Source: an uncultured Chloroflexia bacterium (GTDB lineage Bacteria; Chloroflexota; Limnocylindria; Limnocylindrales; CSP1-4). Taken from it: a stretch of 64,000 bases of DNA. Below the pieces are notes generated by a model, which saw only the letters and a list, made by a program, of their open reading frames with translations, was not told the origin of the DNA and ran no database searches. The stretch lies in NCBI GenBank assembly GCA_963712745.1, contig CAVQJC010000001.1, positions 416,001-480,000 of the forward strand, read 5' to 3'. The position numbers and the translations under genes were made by a program. This document shows positions 1 through 8,700 of the stretch, one piece after another. Position 1 is the stretch's first letter. Each line of letters begins with the position of its first letter.

Positions 1-1
1 T

Positions 2-184
2 GCCAGCGCCACGGCTCCGGGCTCGCACATGTACTTCCTCAACTACCTGGCTGGCGATCTGGTGGACGAGGACCGGGCGATACCCCCGTTCTTCCAGCCC
101 GAATACCGCTGGATCGATGGGCATTGGGACGTTGACGCCATGACGCTGCCGGTGGTCACGCCCAACGGAGCGGGAAGTGACTGA
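2..184 (+). CDS. iolB: 5-deoxy-glucuronate isomerase IolB/KduI family, C-terminal part (5' truncated by window)
   Basis: Frame 2 reads ASATAPGSHMYFLNYLAGDLVDEDR...*, resembling the IolB C-terminal 'APGY.MYYLN.MAG' motif. Its stop overlaps the start of the next gene. Confidence 0.65.
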   Translation, partial: ASATAPGSHMYFLNYLAGDLVDEDRAIPPFFQPEYRWIDGHWDVDAMTLPVVTPNGAGSD

Positions 185-1145
185 TGGCGCGACGCTCACA
201 CCGGGGAAGGTCCGCGGACTGGCGGCCACATCCACCCGCGAAGGCGTCTTCTGCATCCTCGCCATCGACCACCGCGATTCGTTGCGAATCGTCCTCGATC
301 CATCCGATCCGGACGGTATCCCCGCAGCCGCCCTGACCGCGATCAAGCTCGAGCTGCTGGACGGTCTCGCTGACGAAGCCAGCGCGGTGATGCTGGAGCC
401 TGAGTACAGCGCGGCACAAGCGATCGTCACGCGTACCCTGCCCGGCCATGTCGGCTTCCTCGCTGCGGTCGAAGCACAGGGCTACCTGGGCGACCCGGCG
501 GCGAGACAAACGTTGCTGCTCGAGGGCTGGAGCGTAGCGAAGGCCAAGCGACTCGGCGCCAACGGCATCAAGTTGCTGGTGCTCTATCGCCCGGATGGGG
601 GAGCCATCTCCGAGGCACAGGAGCGCACCGTCGCGGACGTCGTCGAGGACTGCGCGCGATGGGACATCCCGTTGTTCCTAGAGCCGCTGCTGTACGAGGC
701 CAGCGATGGCGCGACGACGGAGCGCCGCGCGCTGGTCATCGAAACCGTGCGGCGGTTGGGCGCACTCGGCCCGGACGTGCTCAAGGTGCAATTTCCGGTG
801 GACACCGATGTAGAGCCCGACCGCGCACGCTGGCGGGATGCGTGTGCCGAGCTCGACGACGCTGCGCCGGTGCCGTGGGCACTGCTATCAGGCGGCGGTA
901 GCTACGCGCGGTTCCGCGAGCAACTTGAGATCGCCTGTGCAGCGGGCGCATCGGGTTTCATGGTCGGTCGAGCGCTATGGGGCGAGTACGTGACTGCATC
1001 CCTGGTCGCCCGTCCGGAGCTCCTCCGGATGACGGTGCAGCCACGCTTCGCCGAACTCTCTTCGATCGCGCGTGCACAGGGTCGCGACTGGGGCCAGCGC
1101 CACACGCTGCCGGGCGTGGACGAGCAGTGGTACAGGTCGTATTGA
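177..1145 (+). CDS. class I aldolase, tagatose-1,6-bisphosphate aldolase LacD / YihT family
   Basis: Intact 322-aa ORF with motifs LAIDHR, KLLVLY, FLEP, DVLKVQFP (Schiff-base Lys), LLSGG and GASGFMVGRALW. Confidence 0.85.
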   Translation: MTDGATLTPGKVRGLAATSTREGVFCILAIDHRDSLRIVLDPSDPDGIPAAALTAIKLELLDGLADEASAVMLEPEYSAAQAIVTRTLPGHVGFLAAVEAQGYLGDPAARQTLLLEGWSVAKAKRLGANGIKLLVLYRPDGGAISEAQERTVADVVEDCARWDIPLFLEPLLYEASDGATTERRALVIETVRRLGALGPDVLKVQFPVDTDVEPDRARWRDACAELDDAAPVPWALLSGGGSYARFREQLEIACAAGASGFMVGRALWGEYVTASLVARPELLRMTVQPRFAELSSIARAQGRDWGQRHTLPGVDEQWYRSY

Positions 1146-1177
1146 AACCGCACGATCTGCGTACAACGGCGCCATCG

Positions 1178-2224
1178 TCAGCCCGTGACGGTATGGGCGG
1201 AGGTCGGTCCGGTGACGCCGGCAGCTTCATAGATCCTTCCGATGAGCTGCAGATTGGCCACGGCATCCTCGGGCGGGACCGGCGCAGGGCGTCCATCGAG
1301 GATAGCCATGGCGAAGGCTGTGGCCTGCAGACCGTACTGGTCGGCCGCCGGGACTTCGATCGTCCGTATCGACGAGTGGTGCGGATGGGCGTCGCCGCCA
1401 GTGCCGAGGGTGATCGTGGTCCGGTACGTCGCGGGGCAGTTGAAGGGATCAGCGACCGACAGCCAGCCGGAGGTGCCATGCAGGCGCACGCGGTGGTCGG
1501 GCTCGTGCTCCATGCCGACCGTGAATGCGGCACTCGCGTCGCCGTAGTCGAGGATGGCGCTGAAGGCCAAGTCGATCTCATTCGCCGCGTCCAGCCGAGC
1601 CGTGGCCAGCACCATCCGCGGATCATCGCCCAGCAACCAGCGGCTGAGGTTGACCGCGTAGCAGCCCACGTCCAGCAGGGCCCCGCCGCCCCGCGCCATC
1701 GTCGTGCGATAGTCGCTCGACTCCAGCCGCGAGCGGAAGGCAAACCAGATCTCGAGCTCCAGCAACCGGCCGATGGCACCATCTGCGAGCAGGCGACGCA
1801 CCTCGGCCCAGGCCGGATGGAAGCGATACATGAAGGCTTCCATGAGGAGCACCTGTCGCTCGCGGCAGTAGGCCGCCACCGATTCCGCCTCGGCCGCGTC
1901 CAGGGCCAGCGGCTTCTCGCAGAGGATGTGCTTCCCGGCATCGGCAGCGGTCCGTATCCACGGCGCGTGCAGGTCGTTCGGAAGCGGCAGGTACACCGCG
2001 TCGATGTCGGGGTCTGCGAGCAGTGCCTCGTACGTGCCATAGACGCGGTCGATGCCGTATTTGGCAGCTGCAGCTTCTCCGCGGTGTCGGTCACGCGAAG
2101 CCACCGCCCTCAGCTCACACAGCTCGGCATCGCGGATCGCGGCGAAGACGTGGTTCGTCGCGATCCGGGCCGTGCCCAGGACGCCCCACTTCACCGTCTG
2201 CTGCGTCGCTCGTGCCTCGGTCAC
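1178..2224 (-). CDS. Gfo/Idh/MocA family oxidoreductase
   Basis: Motifs WGVLGTARIA, AVYLPLPNDLH, GKHILCEKP and GGGALLDVGCY. GGAGG RBS precedes the GTG start. Confidence 0.92.
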   Translation of the reverse strand: MTEARATQQTVKWGVLGTARIATNHVFAAIRDAELCELRAVASRDRHRGEAAAAKYGIDRVYGTYEALLADPDIDAVYLPLPNDLHAPWIRTAADAGKHILCEKPLALDAAEAESVAAYCRERQVLLMEAFMYRFHPAWAEVRRLLADGAIGRLLELEIWFAFRSRLESSDYRTTMARGGGALLDVGCYAVNLSRWLLGDDPRMVLATARLDAANEIDLAFSAILDYGDASAAFTVGMEHEPDHRVRLHGTSGWLSVADPFNCPATYRTTITLGTGGDAHPHHSSIRTIEVPAADQYGLQATAFAMAILDGRPAPVPPEDAVANLQLIGRIYEAAGVTGPTSAHTVTG

Positions 2225-2399
2225 TTTCGCCGCCTCCCTGCGGGGTTTGCATGCGCCAGCCTACTGGACCCGGAGGCGCCATGATGCCCCTGAAGCGGGC
2301 CGCCATCGGGTCCCGCGGATGACCGCACGGGGACGAAGCGGCGATAGCTTCAACCAGAAGCCGTGGGTGGCCCAGCTCCGGCTACTCTCGCGCGCGATC

Positions 2400-3833
2400 C
2401 TACCACTCGGTGGCTGCCACGGCCTCGGGGGTGATGACGTAGGTCTCGATCTGGCCCGCCCCCGTAGCCGTTGGTGGACCTGAAGCCTGGACCCACACCG
2501 AGCCGTCCGGCGCGATGTCGAAGGCGTAAACGCACACATCGCGGAGATGTCGAGCCAACGTCGTGCCGTCGAACCGGGCGATCCCCTCGCAGCTCGCAGG
2601 GTCCTCCACGTCCGGCGTCAGCCAGACGCTTCCGTCCGCTGCCGTCTGGAGGAACGACCAGCTATGGGTGCGTGGTCCCATCAACGGAACGCCCTCATCG
2701 CTGGAATAGATGGTCGTCGGTCCACCCTCGACGTGCACGAGGTAGGGAGTGGGCAGGGACGACGCCTCGCCGTCGGCCAGGCCCTGACCGGCGAGCGGAA
2801 CCATGGTCTGTTGATAGATCCAGTAGTCACCATGGACACCCATGTCCACCGGCCCGAGTCCGATCGACAGTGCGCCAGCCGGGCCGTAGCTGCCACCACC
2901 GGCCTGGGGAAAGCCCAGCCACAGCTCGCAACCTGGGCAACCTTCGTCCTCATCCATCAGCAGGAGGACTTCCACCTCGGCGTCCGGTCGCTCATAGCTC
3001 TGGGCGAAGAAGTCGTGGACGACCGGGCTGACCCAGAGATCGCTCACTCGTGGTCCTGCGTCCCCGCCCACGTCTCCGACCTCGACCCAGCCCGTCCCGT
3101 TGAAGCGTTCGAGGGTCGAGCCATCGGTGGCCCAGACCGTGCCGTCTGGCTGCATGTCGAAGGCCGTGACGCCTTCCTTCCGGACCGTCCACGTGCCATC
3201 GGTGAAGGACACCAGGTGGCCACCGTTGATCGTCCAAAGCACGCCATCAGGGGCCACCTTTACCTTCTGTCCCTGGCGACCTCCGATCTCCCTGCCCACT
3301 GGATAGCTGTGCTCGTCACCGACTCGAAAGAAATCGTCATGCCCAACGACCCAGACGCTGCCGTCGAGCCCCGCCACGACGTTGGTGCGGTAGAACGCCT
3401 GGGGCCCATCGCCCGCTCCGGCCACTGGTCGAGACAGGTCACGCACACCATCACTGACGACACGGAATACTCCCTGCTCGACTCTTTCAGCGGAGAGAGC
3501 CACGCCTGACAGCAGATCGGGCATGACCGAGGCCTCCGGCGCTGCTGTCGCAGTTGCGGTCGCTCCAGGCACCGTTGACGCCCCGACCACTGGCAGCGAC
3601 TCCTGGCTCGCCTGCTGCGTGAGAACGCCCGCGAGCAGGAACCCGCCGAAGAGCGCCACGATGGCACCCGCGACGATGAACTTGGTCGCACTGAACATGG
3701 TCTGGAACCTCCACCTGGGGGATGTGGTCGTGGTGGCGTGCACGATCTCCATGGCATCGAAGCGCGGCAGCGGACCGATCTCGCGTCGCAACTCATCGCC
3801 GATCTGGCGTTCGAAGGCGGTCATGTCGTCCAT
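2400..3833 (-). CDS. single-pass membrane protein, putative anti-sigma factor with an extracytoplasmic beta-propeller-like domain
   Basis: Short N-terminal domain, one hydrophobic helix (FIVAGAIVALFGGFLLAGVL) and five (P/L/A)DG.(V/L)W blade-like repeats. Its start overlaps the sigma-factor stop (TGATG). Confidence 0.6.
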   Translation of the reverse strand: MDDMTAFERQIGDELRREIGPLPRFDAMEIVHATTTTSPRWRFQTMFSATKFIVAGAIVALFGGFLLAGVLTQQASQESLPVVGASTVPGATATATAAPEASVMPDLLSGVALSAERVEQGVFRVVSDGVRDLSRPVAGAGDGPQAFYRTNVVAGLDGSVWVVGHDDFFRVGDEHSYPVGREIGGRQGQKVKVAPDGVLWTINGGHLVSFTDGTWTVRKEGVTAFDMQPDGTVWATDGSTLERFNGTGWVEVGDVGGDAGPRVSDLWVSPVVHDFFAQSYERPDAEVEVLLLMDEDEGCPGCELWLGFPQAGGGSYGPAGALSIGLGPVDMGVHGDYWIYQQTMVPLAGQGLADGEASSLPTPYLVHVEGGPTTIYSSDEGVPLMGPRTHSWSFLQTAADGSVWLTPDVEDPASCEGIARFDGTTLARHLRDVCVYAFDIAPDGSVWVQASGPPTATGAGQIETYVITPEAVAATEW

Positions 3834-4375
3834 CAGTCGAGGTCCTGTCGTAGCAGATCCAGGAGGCGCTTCAGTCGTTGACGGGTGCCCGCTGGGCTGA
3901 TCCCGAGGGCGGTCGAGAGTTCCGTCGCGTCGAAGCCGAGGACGTAGCGCATCGTGAGAAGCGCTCGGTCATCAGGGTCCAGTCGCTGCATGGCCGCACG
4001 GAGATCCATCCCATCGACCCCTGTCGCCGGGTCGGTGCCGCCCCGCTTCTCGGATGCATCGACGACGACCTCTACTTCAGAGCGCCTTCGTCGCTTGCGC
4101 ATGAGTTGCTTCGCTTCATTCACTGCGACCGAGATGAGCCAGGGGCGAAGGCGCTCCGGCTGGCGGACCGATCCGAGTTTCTTCCAGGCGATGGACCAGG
4201 CCGCTTGCACGGCCTCCTCGGCCATGAGCCGATCGCGGCAGACGATCACACAGATGCCGTACATCTCGTTCTGGTATGCGGTCACGATGCTACCGAACGC
4301 GATGTCGTCTCCGGCAGCGGCGGAGGCGAGAGCTACCGAGAGGTCCCGATCAGCCGTGTTGGTCATCGCCTCCAT
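3833..4375 (-). CDS. ECF-type RNA polymerase sigma-70 factor
   Basis: 180 aa. Region 2 (AEEAVQAAWSIAW...RPWLISVAVNE) and region 4 HTH (ELSTALGISPAGTRQRLKR). Confidence 0.9.
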   Translation of the reverse strand: MEAMTNTADRDLSVALASAAAGDDIAFGSIVTAYQNEMYGICVIVCRDRLMAEEAVQAAWSIAWKKLGSVRQPERLRPWLISVAVNEAKQLMRKRRRRSEVEVVVDASEKRGGTDPATGVDGMDLRAAMQRLDPDDRALLTMRYVLGFDATELSTALGISPAGTRQRLKRLLDLLRQDLD

Positions 4376-4382
4376 ACCTGGT

Positions 4383-4411
4383 TAGATGCATGGCGAGCGC
4401 AAAGTGTGACA
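4383..4411 (-). promoter_or_regulatory. candidate ECF-dependent promoter TGTCACA-N16-CATCTA upstream of the sigma gene
   Basis: Minus strand reads TGTCACA ctttgcgctcgccatg CATCTA accaggt ATG. This resembles the ECF41-type consensus TGTCACA-N16-CGTC. Confidence 0.55.
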
Positions 4412-4611
4412 GCGGCCAGGATCAACTCGGGAGTGGAAGGATGCGCAGGACCGTGAAGGCGAGAGTGTTCGATGCAACCTCGGCGGGGCCGTCAGCACTA
4501 CCTCGGCGACCCGCGCCTCGGGCTAGCACTCATGCGGGCAGGCCACCCGGTCCGAGTCCGGCCTCACATCGGCTGCTGGGAGTCACAAGGAAGCCTGGTT
4601 CCACTCACATG

Positions 4612-4701
4612 TGGCGGAGAGGGTGGGATTCGAACCCACGAGACGCTTGCACGCCCAACGGTTTTCAAGACCGTCGCTTTCAACCACTCAGCCACCTCTC
4701 C
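4612..4701 (-). tRNA. tRNA-Ser(TGA)
   Basis: Minus strand GGAGAGGTGGCTGAGTGGTTGAAAGCG...CTTGAAA...GGTTCGAATCCCACCCTCTCCGCCA. 90 nt with a long variable arm and encoded CCA. Confidence 0.97.
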
Positions 4702-5025
4702 AGCAGCGGCAGGATAGCAGCGAGGCGGGCCACGAGCTCCCCAACGGCGAACGAAGCTAGCTGAATACGCCCCCACGGGACGGCCATGCGGACAGCAGCA
4801 CCCTCGACCTCATTGACGCCGCCGTTTGCCAGCTGGCTGGTGCGCGACGTCAGCGCCACCGTATGTGCGCGTCGCGCAAGCGCACAGGCATCCGACAGGC
4901 GTACCTCGCTCGTGAAACGAGCATTGTGAATTCGACACTTGACTTCGGCATTCGCTTGCTTGAGATTCCGTCGATTGGATCCCCAACGGCGTCGGGCCAG
5001 TCCGCCGAAAGATTCGGAGTCAGCC

Positions 5026-5694
5026 GTGGATGCCACCCTACTTCATCCCCGTAGAGCAACCAGGCGCTCGTTTCACGCGGTCGTTGTCGGGGCCCTCCTC
5101 GCAGCCGTCGTGATCGGATCGCCGGTGGCAGCTGCCAGTACTCCCTTGAAACGGAACCTGGTGAAGAATCCCGGAGCCCAGGCGGGCATCAGCCGCTGGG
5201 AGACGTTTCCGCCGTCCGATTTCACGACCCACGCCTACGGGCCACCTGGTTTCGGCTTCCCATCCAAGGCCGCCTCCCATGCCATCGGTGGGAGTTCCCT
5301 GTTCTTCTACGCCGGCTTGTATGACTACGGCTACGGCACATGCGGGGATGCGCAGCAGGCCATCAGGCTCAGACACCTCGGTTCAGCGGTCGATCGCGGA
5401 CACATCAAGGTGACGTTCACGGGTTATGCCGGCACGAATGGCGGTGCGAGTATCACCGCCCACACCGACCTGTACTTCCGTGATGGCCGGAACCACTCGG
5501 TCTCCAAGAACGGCTTCACGCGTTCGTTCACGAGCACGAATGAACAGTACGAGCGAGTCTGGGGTTCGACGAAGCTGCCAAGGAAGACGCGCATCCTGCG
5601 CGTCCACCTTTGGGCCGACGGCGACGACACGACGACCTCGGGCGATTGCCAGGCATTCTGGGACAACATCAAGGTCACGCTGAAGCGCGTCTAG
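5026..5694 (+). CDS. exported protein, probable galactose-binding-like (FBA/CBM-like) beta-sandwich
   Basis: GTG start after GGAG. Signal peptide with TRRSF and a hydrophobic stretch; mature part begins RNLVKNPGAQAGISRW and ends FWDNIKVTL. Confidence 0.6.
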   Translation: MDATLLHPRRATRRSFHAVVVGALLAAVVIGSPVAAASTPLKRNLVKNPGAQAGISRWETFPPSDFTTHAYGPPGFGFPSKAASHAIGGSSLFFYAGLYDYGYGTCGDAQQAIRLRHLGSAVDRGHIKVTFTGYAGTNGGASITAHTDLYFRDGRNHSVSKNGFTRSFTSTNEQYERVWGSTKLPRKTRILRVHLWADGDDTTTSGDCQAFWDNIKVTLKRV

Positions 5695-5715
5695 GCGCCC
5701 GCTGCGGTACGGTCC

Positions 5716-8700
5716 GTGGCCCAGAGGATGAAGATCGGTCGTCGCGACCGCCCCCCGATGCTGCGCAACGATGGTCGCCGCTGGCCAGCGATGAGCCTGG
5801 GCTTGCTGCTCGCGTTGGTGCCATCGGTGGCAGGGTCAGCCAGCGCCACGTTGGCACAGTCGGATTGTGGCAACGAGGTGGAGCCCAACGATGCCCCGGA
5901 GCAAGCTGCTTCCGTAGTTGGAGCATTCTGCCGTGTGGGCACCTTGCCCGACGGCGACCAGGACCTGTTCGTCTGGGAACTCGATGCAGCAGACGCATCC
6001 AGCCGATGGACCATCTCGATCGACGGTGTGCCAGGGACCTCTACCGTCGTGCAGGTGATACCCATCACCTCCGATCAAGGCGTGTCCCCCATGGCGGTCG
6101 GCAGCCCGTTGGTGAAGGTGTCGACTGAACCACAGGCTGAGAGTCCCACCACGCAACCTGACCTGCTGCTCGGGCAGGGACGCTATCTGCTGGGAGTCTC
6201 GCGTTCCCCACTCCCGGACGGCTCCAGCCCGACCACGTTTGGGTACGCCCTTTCCATCAGTCCCGGGGCCACGATGCCCGAACCGGGTGACGCGGAACCG
6301 AATGATGATGAGGCGCATGCCAGTCCGGCGAGTGGGACGTTCTCGCTGAGCGGCGACGGCGCCAGCACCGACGATGTCTTCGCCTGGACGCTCAGTGAGG
6401 CGGATGCCCTGCAGGCCTGGCAACTCGATGTCCTCGGTCAGGTCGGTGCGTACTACTACCTGACGCTCGCCGGCCAGGATGGCCAGCAACTTGTCTCGGT
6501 CTCGGACGATGCGCTGGGGGCTGCCCACCTGTACGATCTGCGGCTTGCTGCGGGCACCTACTTGGTGACGGTCAGCAACCAGGGCGAAGGGGTACGTCCA
6601 TATGCCCTGGCAAGTCGCGCTAATGAGCCTGGTCAAGCCGATGCAGAGCCCGATGACGATACTGGTCAAGCGCTGCCGATCGACCCGGAAACGCGCGTCG
6701 CACGAGGGCGACTCGCGCGCTCTGGTGATATCGATACCTTTCGGTTCGCCGTAGACGAAGCGGGTGCCTCACTCCAGATGGATGTCACCTTGCTCTGGCG
6801 CGGGACTACGACGCGCCAGGTCTGCCTGCTCGATGCGGGAGGCGCGACGCTCCAGTGCCAGGCTGGCAAGTCGGGGGCGGTCCTGCGCGGGCTCGTCTTG
6901 CCGGTTGGCGACTACTTCGTCCAGGTCAGCGGCGATAGCGACCTGAACGATGCATACGCGCTACGGATCGATCCGACCAGCCCACCCGCGCCGGATTTCG
7001 AGGCTGAGCCCAACGACAGTCCGGCCACGGCGACCCACTTCACCCCGGACCTCACCATGCGCGGCTACCAGATCGAGACCGATCCAGACGTGTTCAAGGT
7101 GAGCGTGTCGGGCGATCCACAGCTCTGGCAGGTCGATGCGACGGGGGATCACATCAGCCAGCTGCGCTGGGTCGGCGCGGATGGCATCGACCTGGCAACT
7201 GCGGACGTCGGCGCCGACGGACAGAGCGCGAGGGTGACTGACATGTACCTCATCCCCGGAGACTTCTGGGTGCGCATCGATGGGGCCGGCGACTATGCCC
7301 TGAGCCTGACGGCGCTAGGTCCGCCGGTGACAGGGGGCGAGCGCGAGTCCAACAACGTCAGCGATGCCGCGGAGCCGCTGCTCATGGGCGATACCCGGAG
7401 CGGGAGACTGGCCGGGCCGACGGATATCGATGTGTTCCGTCTCTCACTCTCGGCCCCCGAGCACATCCGCATCGATCTGGCGCCCCCTCCAGATGGGGCC
7501 ATCGCGATGGCGCTGATGCAGGATGGCGACACGATCGCGCAGGTGCGCTCCCCGGAAGTTGGCCGGCGACTAAGCTACGACGCGCAGCTGTCCGCCGGCG
7601 ACTACGAGATCTGGCTGAGCACCGGGACCCCGAGTGAGCAACGCTACGACCTCACGGTCAGTCGCGAAGATCCTTTCGCGTACGCCCTGGACCAGGAGCC
7701 CAACGACACGGCCAAGACCGCCCGCACGCTGCACCAAGGCATGCTCATCGCAGGATCCGCATGGGTGCCCTATGACGAGGACTGGTACCGGCTTGAGCCC
7801 CTGGCTGACGGCGCGGAACTCCGGGTCAGCGCGAATGGAGCGGTCGATCGCGTAGAACTTAGCGACGGCGCCAGCAGTATCGAGCTGATCCAGGATGAGC
7901 TCGACGGGGCCCTCGTGGCCCAGGAGCCCCCGATCGGCGTGCCGCTCTTCCTTCGGGTCGTCGCGATCGGCGACTATCAACTGACCGCCAACGACGTGGG
8001 CATGCTCACGGACGGTGGGGACCCGTCAGCGGCGAGCACGCTGACGGCACCGCTTCCAGCTTCCCTCGCGGTCCGCCTGGATACGTCGGCTGTGGCGGCG
8101 TACTGGCCTGCGGGCCAGCGTGTCGCCGGTACCATCTCGATCACCAACACATCCGCTGTACCGCTCGAGCTGGACCTCGATAGCGTCACGAGCCACTACC
8201 TCTGGAGCACCGAGCTCGACCAGCGACACGTGACCGTGCCCGCGGACACGGCTATCGAGGTGCCGCTGATGGTCCGGATCCTCCCTGATGCCTGGGCTGA
8301 CGTGCCAGCGCGCGTGACCGTGCGCGCCCGGGATGCAAGCGGAGCTACGGCCACCGGCTACGCCGAACTGACACCTAGTCGCGACACAGTGCCCAGTGAC
8401 CCGGTGCAAGCCTGGTCGGTGCCGGCTGCATTGCTCGGCGGCCTCGATGTCGCCTCTGCTGCGCTGGGCGGAGTGCCCGGGGGCTCCAGTCGACGTCGAC
8501 CAGGAGGCGAAGCTACATGACGGCGTGACCCCATCGGGTGACGGCTTCGGGGTGCCATTTACCGAAGGCCAGCCACTCACGTTGACGGTTGATCTGGCCG
8601 GAGACGAGCCGGTCCTCGTGGCAGGCACGATCCTCGACCCGCAGGCGCGAGGGATGCCCATCGACGGACTGCCGCATCATTTCGCACTGCTCCTGTCGGA

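Noticed and set aside
4412-4611. Possible SRP RNA or CIRCE element downstream of tRNA-Ser
   Set aside because: There is no CAGG-(GNRA stem)-AGCAG helix-8 geometry, and only one TAGCACTC half-site with no matching second arm.
4612-4701. tRNA-Ser as the attachment site of an integrative element
   Set aside because: No integrase and no duplicated tRNA 3' end were found. An 11-nt match inside panB is attributable to chance.
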